Source of the DNA: a virus
Length of the DNA stretch: 64,000 nucleotides
Virus record (IMG/VR): IMGVR_UViG_3300025122_006404
Coordinates: 1 to 64,000 of that record
Strand: one strand, 5' to 3'
Under the pieces are notes generated by a model that saw only the letters and a list, made by a program, of their open reading frames with translations, ran no database searches and was not told the DNA's origin. Shown here piece after piece: positions 30,224 through 38,967 of this stretch. A program made the translations under genes and the position numbers. Numbering within the stretch: the first letter of the stretch is position 1; each line of letters starts with the position of its first letter.

Positions 30224-30517
30224 ATGGCAATGCCTAAAGGATATAAAATTGCAGGGGGATACGCGACCGTTGGAAGTGACATTGGAGGAATGGGGTATAG
30301 AGAGATTTCTGAAAAAATGACTGAGAATGGATTTAAAATGAATCACTCTACTGCTAGAAATATATTTTTGTCTGCTATGAGAAAGTTTGCAGCTGAAGTT
30401 TGTAAAATTTATAGTATCTCCCCGACTCGGGAAAATCTTGATATGATTTCAGCTGATCCTAGATTTCAATCTGGAATATTTGAAATAATGAGCCTGAATG
30501 ATAAGACTGGTGATTAA
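30224..30517 (+). CDS. HTH protein resembling sigma region 4.2
   Basis: MGYREISEKM..MNHSTARNIFLSAMRKF; AGGAG upstream. Confidence 0.7.
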   Translation: MAMPKGYKIAGGYATVGSDIGGMGYREISEKMTENGFKMNHSTARNIFLSAMRKFAAEVCKIYSISPTRENLDMISADPRFQSGIFEIMSLNDKTGD

Positions 30518-30606
30518 AAAGGCTGGAGTGAAGATCCTGATAGGGAGTGGTGGAGAAGAGTCTATATTGCAGTTATTCAAAAACCACTCATTGATCTGGA
30601 CAGCTG

Positions 30607-30897
30607 ATGAACGATTTTTTTAAAAAACTTTCTTTCACACGTCGTTATACAGAGATTCTGGAAGCTTGTGAGTGGGACGAGGAAAGGGTTAAAGCTCTGT
30701 TTTTAACCACAGTGTCTTTAGTTGAAAAACTTAAAAAGGAAGATCAGCTTGTTTCTTCTTACTCAGATTTTGAAAAACTTTTGAAGAGTAAACTAGAGGG
30801 AAACGATCGAAATGGAGAAATAAATATATTATTGGAGATATTAAAAGACGATCTTCAAAATTTAGATTTATTTGGAGAATACAAAGATGACAATTAG
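30607..30897 (+). CDS. hypothetical protein
   Basis: 96-aa ORF. Confidence 0.6.
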   Translation: MNDFFKKLSFTRRYTEILEACEWDEERVKALFLTTVSLVEKLKKEDQLVSSYSDFEKLLKSKLEGNDRNGEINILLEILKDDLQNLDLFGEYKDDN

Positions 30898-31210
30898 CTG
30901 GGATTTTTTTACAGGAAGAAGAAGGATTGACGTTAAAAAGTGGGTGACAGAAAATAATGTTACAAGCTATGAGAAGCTCGTTAGATCTTTAAAGAAGATA
31001 GATGTGGTTCCTCCGCCACCCGGACACTCAGATATTTCGAATATGGGCTTTACAGAAACTCTCCGAGACCCTTCAGAAGAAGGGAAGAGTGGTAAGCCAG
31101 GGTTGAAAAGACCCACTCAGAAAAAATCTTCTAAAAACTCTCCAAAGAGAAAAAGCACCACGAGATCGACGCCAAGTAGAGCAAGAAAAAAATCAGGGAA
31201 AAAGAAGTGA
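30887..31210 (+). CDS. hypothetical protein with Lys-rich C-terminal tail
   Basis: GGAG RBS before ATG 30887; basic tail. Confidence 0.6.
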   Translation: MTISWDFFTGRRRIDVKKWVTENNVTSYEKLVRSLKKIDVVPPPPGHSDISNMGFTETLRDPSEEGKSGKPGLKRPTQKKSSKNSPKRKSTTRSTPSRARKKSGKKK

Positions 31211-31416
31211 TATCTAATATGAGTAGATTAAGATTGGGATCTGGAGATGTTGTAGTGAACAACAGGCTAGATTCAAGAAATATAGGGGTTCTTATTGAAA
31301 AATGCGATCTCCATGAGGATTACTGGAAGGTTCTCTGTGAGGGAGATATTGTCGTGTGGTTCAATCCTAATCTTCAGCGAATCCAGGATAAGGCTAGTGA
31401 ATCCCAAAGAGCCTAA
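31207..31416 (+). CDS. small KOW/SH3-like GD family protein
   Basis: GSGDVVV..IGVLIE..WKVL. Confidence 0.6.
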   Translation: MISNMSRLRLGSGDVVVNNRLDSRNIGVLIEKCDLHEDYWKVLCEGDIVVWFNPNLQRIQDKASESQRA

Positions 31417-31648
31417 GCAATTAACTAACACTTCTTGGTATGATGAATCTGAGCAAACTGTAGTTTTTGCTGTGGATCGGGTTACAGTTGCACTAGATGT
31501 TGAAGAGTTTTTGGACTTTTATAATATGATCCAGGATACTAAAGAAGCTCTAGTCCTTGAGGCATCTTTAGAAATCGGAGCAGTTCAAGAGGACGATGAG
31601 ACTCGGTATCAATTTATTCCTACTCCCGATATTGACGACTATAACTAG
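31397..31648 (+). CDS. hypothetical protein
   Basis: GTG start in overlap junction with upstream gene. Confidence 0.55.
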   Translation: MNPKEPKQLTNTSWYDESEQTVVFAVDRVTVALDVEEFLDFYNMIQDTKEALVLEASLEIGAVQEDDETRYQFIPTPDIDDYN

Positions 31649-31656
31649 AAAGATAA

Positions 31657-32181
31657 ATGACTATTAGAAAAATACTTTTATGGCCTGACGCGGGTCTATG
31701 TAGATCATCAGCAAAAGTTTCTTCATTAGAAAAAGATGATAAAGTTTTAATTGATGATATGATAGAAACAATGCAAAGCCTGGGAGCTCTGGGAATCTCT
31801 GCTCCTCAATTTGGTATTTCAAAAAAAATATCTGTCATTGATCTTCCCAAGATTGATAAACGATTTGATGATGTTTTAGTTCTTATCAATCCATCTCTTC
31901 GAGATGGATTTGGAGAGAGAGTTTTTGAAGAAGGCTGCCTCTCGGTTCCCACTGTATGTGTTCCCACTTTAAGAGCGGAGATTGCTGTAATTGAATATGA
32001 GGATGTCGAGGGAGAAAAGCACGAATTAAACGCTACAGGTTTGCTCGCAGCAGTTGTTCAACACGAAATCGATCATCTACAGGGAGATGTTATTGTGGAA
32101 AAGCTTAGCAAGGATGATCGAAAGAAGATTATGAATCGAATGGAAAGTTTTAAAAAAGATGAAAGCTTTGTTAGTACATGA
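31657..32181 (+). CDS. def: peptide deformylase
   Basis: GISAPQFG, EGCLSVP, QHEIDH. Confidence 0.95.
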   Translation: MTIRKILLWPDAGLCRSSAKVSSLEKDDKVLIDDMIETMQSLGALGISAPQFGISKKISVIDLPKIDKRFDDVLVLINPSLRDGFGERVFEEGCLSVPTVCVPTLRAEIAVIEYEDVEGEKHELNATGLLAAVVQHEIDHLQGDVIVEKLSKDDRKKIMNRMESFKKDESFVST

Positions 32182-33388
32182 GATCCTAGAGGAGATTCGC
32201 TTAGCTCGAGGTCCAAAGTTAAAATCTAAGATTCTCTTGGAGCATAAAGAGAATGAAATTCTGCGGAGAATCTTAAGATATGCCGGAGATCCTTATTTGA
32301 CTTTTAATATTGTAAAGGTACCCTCTATTAAAAAGAGATATCCTGCTCAAGATGAGAATCTCCGATGGAACTCCTTTTTTGAAATGGCTGATCTGTGCCA
32401 GAAAAGAGAGTATACAGGAAACTATGCAATTGAAATGATACAAGGCTCGTTTTGTGTTGCTGTTGAGGAGGAAGAAAAATGGATGAGAAAGATTCTTAAA
32501 AAGCATCTTAACATTGGAGCTTCAACAAAAACTATCAATAAGGTTTTTCCGGGATTAATTCCGACTTTTGACGTCTCGCTGGCACAGAAATTTGAGGAGA
32601 AAAGAGTTGTTGAAAAGAGAGTTGCAGTTGAACCTAAGCTTGATGGAATCCGATGTTTTACGGTTGTTGAAAATGGTAATGCTTTAATGTATGCTCGTTC
32701 TGGAAAGCTTATTACAAACTTTGATAACACGATCGGAGAAGAGATATCTAAATTAGGCGACGGCTGCTATGATGGAGAGATCATGGGAAAAGATTTTATA
32801 GAGCTGATGCGCCAAGCATATCGCAAAGAGGATGTAAATACTGACGGGACGTATCTTGCTTTGTTTGACTATCTTCCCATCCGAGAGTGGAAAGAGAGGC
32901 AAGCAAAGTTAAGCTGTGAACAGCGCTATAGCATTCTTGTCAAAAGGGTTCCTAAAATATCAAAGCATCTACGAGTAGTTCAACGATTATCTACAGCATC
33001 TAGCTATCAAGAGATTAAAAAGCTACATGATAAATTTGTCTTAGAAGGGTATGAGGGTGTTATGATCAAAGATCTTGACTCTCCGTATATATTTGGACGA
33101 GGATATGAAGTTATGAAGCTTAAGGCATTTTTTGATTCTGATTGCGAAGTAGTGAGAATTGAAGAAGGAACGGGAAAGTATGGAGGGATGTGTGGCAGCA
33201 TCGTGGTTGATTTTAACAGCGTCCAGGTAGGAATAGGCAGCGGGCTGTCTGATGAACAACGTAAAGCAATCTGGGATCACCCAGAGGCCTATATTGGGCG
33301 TACCGTGGAAGTGAGATATCAGGAGATCACCCCAGACGGGAGCTTAAGATTTCCAACGTTCGTATGCTGGAGAAATGATAAAGATTAG
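32159..33388 (+). CDS. ATP-dependent DNA ligase
   Basis: EPKLDGIRC, DGEI, FD, YEGVMIK, MKLK, GSGLSD, SLRFP. Confidence 0.95.
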   Translation: MKALLVHEILEEIRLARGPKLKSKILLEHKENEILRRILRYAGDPYLTFNIVKVPSIKKRYPAQDENLRWNSFFEMADLCQKREYTGNYAIEMIQGSFCVAVEEEEKWMRKILKKHLNIGASTKTINKVFPGLIPTFDVSLAQKFEEKRVVEKRVAVEPKLDGIRCFTVVENGNALMYARSGKLITNFDNTIGEEISKLGDGCYDGEIMGKDFIELMRQAYRKEDVNTDGTYLALFDYLPIREWKERQAKLSCEQRYSILVKRVPKISKHLRVVQRLSTASSYQEIKKLHDKFVLEGYEGVMIKDLDSPYIFGRGYEVMKLKAFFDSDCEVVRIEEGTGKYGGMCGSIVVDFNSVQVGIGSGLSDEQRKAIWDHPEAYIGRTVEVRYQEITPDGSLRFPTFVCWRNDKD

Positions 33389-33480
33389 TAATAAAATTCT
33401 ATTCTAGAATTTAAATTATATTTTTATCCCATAGATATGATTTACCCATAACTAATAACAATACAGGAGTAATAAAAATA

Positions 33481-33963
33481 ATGGAAAAGAGATTAATCAC
33501 AATTGAAGGATACAGCAAGCTAGTTGAGGATCTAGATCACTATCTAACTGTAGTAAGACCCCAGGTCGTTAAAGATATCGAAGATGCCCTGTCTTTTGGA
33601 GATTTGAGAGAAAATGCTGAATATTCCTTCGCCAAAGAGCGCCAGGCCCAAATAGAAGATAAGATTATAAAGCTTTCAGAAATCATTAAAAATTCTAAAG
33701 CTATAGATATTAAAAATCTATCTAATGATAATATCGTTTCATTTGGATCAAGAGTTAGAATTTTAAATCTGGAAACAGACGTAGAAAAAGTCTATCAGCT
33801 TGTAGGAAAATCAGAATTTGATGCCAAGAAGGGAAAAATAAGCTACATGTCTCCCGTGGGAAAAGAGCTTATGGGAAAATCTCCCGGAGATGATATTGAA
33901 GTCACTGTTCCTGCGGGAGATCAAATTTGGGAAATATTGGAAATAGTTTCTGAGCCACTGTAG
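33481..33963 (+). CDS. greA: transcription elongation factor GreA
   Basis: GDLRENAEY, ISYMSPVGKELMG. Confidence 0.95.
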   Translation: MEKRLITIEGYSKLVEDLDHYLTVVRPQVVKDIEDALSFGDLRENAEYSFAKERQAQIEDKIIKLSEIIKNSKAIDIKNLSNDNIVSFGSRVRILNLETDVEKVYQLVGKSEFDAKKGKISYMSPVGKELMGKSPGDDIEVTVPAGDQIWEILEIVSEPL

Positions 33964-34025
33964 CTCAATGGCAGAGCTCCGCTCTTGTAAAGCGGGGGTT
34001 AAGGGTTCAAATCCCTTCGGTGGCT
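33954..34025 (+). tRNA. tRNA-Thr(TGT), no encoded CCA
   Basis: GCCACTG/CGGTGGC acceptor, CCGCT-CTTGTAA-AGCGG anticodon arm, TTCAAAT T-loop. Confidence 0.92.
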
Positions 34026-34102
34026 CCGCCCTTTATTAAAAAAATTATACTATTGTATACGATATCATTAAAATGATATAATCTATGAAGAGGATTTAAA
34101 AC

Positions 34103-34285
34103 ATGGAAGAAAAACTATTAAACGATTTAATAAAGCTGCGAGAATTTGTTATCTCACGTTACGATAAGCTAGATGGCAGAACCGAATCAAGTGCCATGAT
34201 GAAGCAAGATGAAGTTGCTTTCGATTTCGAGACAATAGTCCGCAGCATTGACGATCTTTTAAAGAATGATGTTAAATTTGAATAG
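34103..34285 (+). CDS. hypothetical protein
   Basis: GAGG RBS after TTGTAT-N18-TATAAT. Confidence 0.6.
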   Translation: MEEKLLNDLIKLREFVISRYDKLDGRTESSAMMKQDEVAFDFETIVRSIDDLLKNDVKFE

Positions 34286-34311
34286 TTGAAATTATAAAAA
34301 ATTAATTCCTC

Positions 34312-34318
34312 ATATTTA
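34312..34318 (+). promoter_or_regulatory. class II motif ATATTTA
   Basis: 4 nt upstream of ATG 34323. Confidence 0.45.
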
Positions 34319-34322
34319 TTAA

Positions 34323-35201
34323 ATGAGGATGTCTAAACTATTTAAAATATGGGGAATGTCCTTCCTGTTTTTCGGGGGGTGTTCCCCTGACTATTCAATC
34401 AATGACCAGCAAGAAACTAGAGTCGTTGTCGACTCCTTTGTTCAAGCCGAAGAGATAGAAGATCTCGATGTACTGGTGGTAGTGGATACTTCTGGTTCAA
34501 TGCTAGATGATGCAGATGAGGTGGGATCGGGTCTTGAGATATTTAGGTCTGATATTGAGGGGTTGACCTCCACCTATAGAATCGCTTTTATAACAACAGA
34601 CGCCGATCGATTGGGATACACAGGATACTATGACACCTCGTCATCATCAATTGATTTAATGCTAGCACCGGGTCTTCTACCCTCTGTCTCTGGAGAAGCA
34701 GGTTTCGAATCTACTTATGTTTTTATTTCCAGCGACGAGGGAATAGAGTTTAAAAGAGACGAAGCGGATTTTCTTTTATTTTTAATATCAGATGAAGATG
34801 AACAAAGCAGTATTTCTTCTGCTATATTTAAAGACTGGTTACAGAATGAGTTTTCCGAAGTCAACCATGACGTGGTTTCCATCACCTCCCTCGAAGATAG
34901 TGAGTGCTCCTGGGAGATAGGATTTAAATATATTGAATTATCTGCTCTTTACAATAAGGATGCTATTGATATATGTGCTGAAGGCTGGGAAGTTTGGTTA
35001 GCAGAAAGCTCTTTTCTCACTCAGATGATTAGAGAAATTCAACTTACTGAAATCCCTATTTTAGAATCAGTGGTGGTCTATGTGGATCAGCAGATTACTT
35101 ATGCATGGACGTACAGCGAGCCTAGTAATTCAATATATTTAGACGTGATTCCTGACTATGGATCGGTGGTTGAAGCAGGTTACAAGGTTTATATGGATTA
35201 A
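34323..35201 (+). CDS. lipoprotein with vWA (MIDAS) domain
   Basis: lipobox-like FGG-C; LVVVDTSGSM; ISDEDE. Confidence 0.8.
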   Translation: MRMSKLFKIWGMSFLFFGGCSPDYSINDQQETRVVVDSFVQAEEIEDLDVLVVVDTSGSMLDDADEVGSGLEIFRSDIEGLTSTYRIAFITTDADRLGYTGYYDTSSSSIDLMLAPGLLPSVSGEAGFESTYVFISSDEGIEFKRDEADFLLFLISDEDEQSSISSAIFKDWLQNEFSEVNHDVVSITSLEDSECSWEIGFKYIELSALYNKDAIDICAEGWEVWLAESSFLTQMIREIQLTEIPILESVVVYVDQQITYAWTYSEPSNSIYLDVIPDYGSVVEAGYKVYMD

Positions 35202-35251
35202 ATGTCGATATAAGCCTATTTTTAAAATAATTAGATATAGAGGGGTGATTT

Positions 35252-35470
35252 GTGAAACCAGGCGATTTAGTAACTTTAAAAGAAAACATTGAGCGCTTAG
35301 ATAAAAGTGAAATTTTATTAAATAATGACCTGGGTATAGTAATAAATTCCAGTGATCGCAGGTGTAAAGTATTAATAAGGGGCACAGTTTGGGGATTTAA
35401 AAGTGATATGCTTTTAAAGCTAGATGAATATGACAAAGGTCAAGCACATGCCCAAGATGAGCCCAACTAA
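35252..35470 (+). CDS. MKxGDLV family small KOW/SH3-like protein
   Basis: MKPGDLVTLK..LGIVI. Confidence 0.7.
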   Translation: MKPGDLVTLKENIERLDKSEILLNNDLGIVINSSDRRCKVLIRGTVWGFKSDMLLKLDEYDKGQAHAQDEPN

Positions 35471-35656
35471 TAATGACAACATTAAAGCAATTCCATGCTG
35501 CCGGGATTGCTTAGTAAGGTGGCTTTTTTCAATTCTAAGCATCTCATAGTCAGAATATAATCTTTCTTGAGCTATCTTAACTTGTTCTTCAAGATGTTCT
35601 AGCTCTTTTTCTTTCATTTGTATTAATCGAGGGTGAGAGATAAGATTGTCGTCCAC
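35420..35656 (-). CDS. coiled-coil protein with C-terminal TM
   Basis: AGGA RBS; heptads and hydrophobic tail. Confidence 0.55.
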   Translation of the reverse strand: MDDNLISHPRLIQMKEKELEHLEEQVKIAQERLYSDYEMLRIEKSHLTKQSRQHGIALMLSLLVGLILGMCLTFVIFI

Positions 35657-35664
35657 TTTAATTC

Positions 35665-36327
35665 CTATAGAAGAGACTCTATTTCTTCAACAATAACACT
35701 TTCATTCCAGCCGGGAAGATAAAATTCTGTGATCATATCTCGATTAATAATAAAAAATGTCGGCCAACTACTTACCTGCCACCCAGACTCCCCGTCCGGA
35801 TCAATTAGAGATCTATTTCCAATTAAAACGGGGGATGAAGTCATTCCGTACTGAGAAGACCAAGAGTAGATATCTGATATACCTGGTTCGGAGCCAGTTT
35901 GATCGTCTATGAGGATGGTTATGTATACAAAATTTTGATCCTCATACGTGTCTTGTATAATTTGAGAATTAGGTGCTATCATTTTACATACAGGGCACCA
36001 CATCGTTGAAAAGTCTAAAACAATTACCTTTCCCATATGATCGTAAAGAGAAAATTCATTTCCATTTTGATCAATGAGATTAAACTCGCAGGGATGATCT
36101 TGGAGATCATAGGAGCAATTGGACCACGTGACTAGAGGGTTTTCTCCTGAAGAATCTGGAGTCCCGCTATCCAAAAACTTGTGAGGATAAATTTCTATAT
36201 TTAAATCTCTCCCACTGGGAGAAATTTCAGTCTTAACGGGTTCATCATCTCTTTCCGTAGATGTGTCATTAGAATGTAATAGACACGAGCAGAGAAAAAA
36301 GAACAAAGTGGTAAATCCAATATTCAT
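35665..36327 (-). CDS. TlpA/redoxin-like lipoprotein
   Basis: LCS-C lipobox; LDFSTMWCPVC; WPTF. Confidence 0.85.
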   Translation of the reverse strand: MNIGFTTLFFFLCSCLLHSNDTSTERDDEPVKTEISPSGRDLNIEIYPHKFLDSGTPDSSGENPLVTWSNCSYDLQDHPCEFNLIDQNGNEFSLYDHMGKVIVLDFSTMWCPVCKMIAPNSQIIQDTYEDQNFVYITILIDDQTGSEPGISDIYSWSSQYGMTSSPVLIGNRSLIDPDGESGWQVSSWPTFFIINRDMITEFYLPGWNESVIVEEIESLL

Positions 36328-36379
36328 TTTTATAAAAGTTATTAATTTTATCTTATCAATTTCCTATAATTAATATAGG

Positions 36380-37156
36380 ATGCTTAAATTTAAAAATAAA
36401 TTTCTACTTAGGCTGTCGGTTATAGGGTTTTTATTTTGTATCTGCTGCTATAGTTTTAGCTCTTACTCACCCCAATCGGAATCCAGAGAACTTTCTACTG
36501 CTACGATGGGACCCGAGCTCATTAAAAGCTCAAATGATATTCCCAGGTCTCTTAGGAGATCTTTGCGTTTATCTGTGGTTAAAGTCAAGTCCGTTCTTAT
36601 TCCTACAGGTCCTGATACAGATCTTCTCTATCGATATGGAAGCGGATCTTACATGATTTTTGAAGATAGGCACTTTGTTATCACAGCTGCTCATGTTCTT
36701 CGCGATGCGGGAGTTGTCATCGTAGCAGGTTTTTCTGAAGAGGTCCTCGCAACTCCCGTTTATATCGATTTTGAATCAGATGTGGCTGTGCTATTGATTC
36801 CCCGAATGGATTCTCGGTCTCCAGTAGCATTTAATCCCATTAAATTTCCCAGAAGTCGAAATATTGCAGGAGAAAATATCGTATATGCAGGATATCCTAA
36901 TTCTCATGATGAACCCTTAGTTTTATCTGGTATTATCGCAGGATATGAGAATGATAGATTAATTCTTCAATCGTATGCGTGGATGGGATCTTCAGGGTCA
37001 TGTATATTTGATCATCGAGGAAGAATCGTTGGAATTGTGTCCGGCATAGAGATAGGATCATCTAACCATTTTCCTCCTCAGCTAATTGAAAGCATGATTT
37101 GGGCATCTCCGGCGTGGAATTTAAGTAAATCTCGAATGAGAGAAATTCTAAATTGA
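36380..37156 (+). CDS. exported trypsin-like serine protease
   Basis: TAAHV, DVAVL, GSSGS; N-terminal signal peptide. Confidence 0.88.
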   Translation: MLKFKNKFLLRLSVIGFLFCICCYSFSSYSPQSESRELSTATMGPELIKSSNDIPRSLRRSLRLSVVKVKSVLIPTGPDTDLLYRYGSGSYMIFEDRHFVITAAHVLRDAGVVIVAGFSEEVLATPVYIDFESDVAVLLIPRMDSRSPVAFNPIKFPRSRNIAGENIVYAGYPNSHDEPLVLSGIIAGYENDRLILQSYAWMGSSGSCIFDHRGRIVGIVSGIEIGSSNHFPPQLIESMIWASPAWNLSKSRMREILN

Positions 37157-37160
37157 TTTG

Positions 37161-37189
37161 ATGTAAATTGTATTTCTCTATGATATAAT
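37161..37189 (+). promoter_or_regulatory. class I promoter ATGTAA-N17-TATAAT
   Basis: conserved motif and spacing. Confidence 0.7.
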
Positions 37190-37583
37190 GTTACATATAT
37201 CGGAGAAGAAATGTCTAGTGTATTACCTGGCTCGTGAAAGAGCCTTAAATAACGGTAGAGTTTATCATATTGCAGCAATTTTGCGAAGAGGAAAGCATAT
37301 TGTTAAAATTGGAGTAAACTCAAGCAAAACTCATCCTCAATTTGGAAGAGTGTATCCTGATGGATCATGCGCTTATCACATGCATGCTGAAATGGACGCG
37401 CTACGTTTTGCCCAGCCCGGAGATACTCTAGAAGTTATGAGATTTCGTAAGTCAGATAATGAATATGCTATTGCGAAGCCTTGTGAGTTTTGCATGAAAC
37501 ATATTATAGAAGCTGGAATTAAAAAGGTTAAATATACTAACGATCTAGGTGAATGGGAAACAATGAGAGTTTTTCCCGCGTAG
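37188..37583 (+). CDS. zinc-dependent cytidine/dCMP deaminase-fold protein (start may be GTG 37218)
   Basis: HAEMDA, AKPCEFC. Confidence 0.82.
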   Translation: MLHISEKKCLVYYLARERALNNGRVYHIAAILRRGKHIVKIGVNSSKTHPQFGRVYPDGSCAYHMHAEMDALRFAQPGDTLEVMRFRKSDNEYAIAKPCEFCMKHIIEAGIKKVKYTNDLGEWETMRVFPA

Positions 37584-37595
37584 GAATAGTTTTTT

Positions 37596-38183
37596 TTACT
37601 GATTCAGAGTTTCTTGAATCAGTGTGTCAATCCAGGTGGAGCTAAATCCTTGTAATCTAGTGTGTAGTACCATCTCATCAGTAATAAAAAAGAAAGTCGG
37701 CCATGCTGTTAATGGCCATCCATTTGTTCCGCTTACATCAATTAAATCACGTGAGCCAGCGAGGACTGGAGAGGTAATCCCATAGGTGTCACACCAATAG
37801 GTGATATCTGCTGCAGTGGGAGGGTCTCCCGTAGAATTTTCAATTAATACAGTGATATAGGTAATTTCTTCTGCATATTGATCTTGGACTTGCTGGACTT
37901 CTGCAGCTGCACTGTTGCAAGGTCCACACCACATCGTAGAGAGATCGAGAACAATAACACCACCATAATAATCATAAAGAGAAATATCCATCAACAGCTG
38001 ATTGCTTAGGGTAAAATTACAGGGATGATCTCCAGTATTTTGTGAGCAGGATTCCCACGACGCCCAGGGATAAGGATCAGCTACGGGAGTATTGCTGGTA
38101 TCGCCAGATGTCAGACTAGGCTTGCATCCCCCGAGTCCCATTATCATTAGTAGTCCCCAGTTTATCAAATTATTTTTTAACAT
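37596..38183 (-). CDS. TlpA/redoxin-like lipoprotein
   Basis: LGG-C lipobox; DLSTMWCGPC; WPTF. Confidence 0.85.
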   Translation of the reverse strand: MLKNNLINWGLLMIMGLGGCKPSLTSGDTSNTPVADPYPWASWESCSQNTGDHPCNFTLSNQLLMDISLYDYYGGVIVLDLSTMWCGPCNSAAAEVQQVQDQYAEEITYITVLIENSTGDPPTAADITYWCDTYGITSPVLAGSRDLIDVSGTNGWPLTAWPTFFFITDEMVLHTRLQGFSSTWIDTLIQETLNQ

Positions 38184-38208
38184 CTTAATTTCTAGTGCTC
38201 CTTATTTC

Positions 38209-38964
38209 TTACCGAACTATCCCAAATACATCATCAACCCAGCCGAAAACTATTTCCTCATTCCACCCAAGTAGACCGTTATGGACGGTTAGAGTCTCAT
38301 CTACCACCACAATTGTTGGCCACGCAGAAATTGGATAACCATCTTCGGCAGTAAGATCGATAATGCTTCTATCTCCAGCCAAGACAGGGGAAGTGGTCAT
38401 GCCATACCTAGAAACCCAATCCTGAATTTCTGATGGCGTCGGCGGCGTTCCCCACGATGGTCCATCTACTAATACCGTTACCCATAAGAAATCGTAGCCT
38501 AAAGCTGTGTAGGTATCTTGATGAATCTGAGCGTCTCCGGCGATACTGTTGCAGACTCCGCACCAGATTGTAGAAAAATCGACAACCATAACAGTGCCAT
38601 AGTTGTCATAGAGTGACCAATCATTTCCATTTTGATCTTGGAATGTAAAGTCGCAAGCTTTTTCCCCGGGTTTTCCGCTACATTCAGTCCACGTAATGGG
38701 AGATGGATCTGTGTCCTCGACTGCAGAGTCACTATCACTGTCGGAAGTATCCGTGTTCGTGATATGAGTATCTTTAATGACAGAATCATCATCGACGACG
38801 GAATCATCATCGACTGTGTCTTCTTCTATGACTGTGTCGTTCGAAGTTTTATCATTTATGCCTGTTGAAGTCTCCCCAGGCGTCGCGCAGCTTATGAGAT
38901 TAGCTGTTGTGAAATTGGCCCACGCAAGTGCGGCCAAAAATATAAGTGATTTGTGTTTTAACAT
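38209..38964 (-). CDS. TlpA/redoxin-like lipoprotein with Asp/Thr-rich linker
   Basis: LIS-C; DFSTIWCGVC; WPTI. Confidence 0.85.
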   Translation of the reverse strand: MLKHKSLIFLAALAWANFTTANLISCATPGETSTGINDKTSNDTVIEEDTVDDDSVVDDDSVIKDTHITNTDTSDSDSDSAVEDTDPSPITWTECSGKPGEKACDFTFQDQNGNDWSLYDNYGTVMVVDFSTIWCGVCNSIAGDAQIHQDTYTALGYDFLWVTVLVDGPSWGTPPTPSEIQDWVSRYGMTTSPVLAGDRSIIDLTAEDGYPISAWPTIVVVDETLTVHNGLLGWNEEIVFGWVDDVFGIVR

Positions 38965-38967
38965 GTT

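Noticed and set aside
38783-38814. 14-bp direct repeat GAATCATCATCGAC
   Set aside because: It encodes a duplicated VDDDS in a low-complexity lipoprotein linker; not a mobile or regulatory repeat
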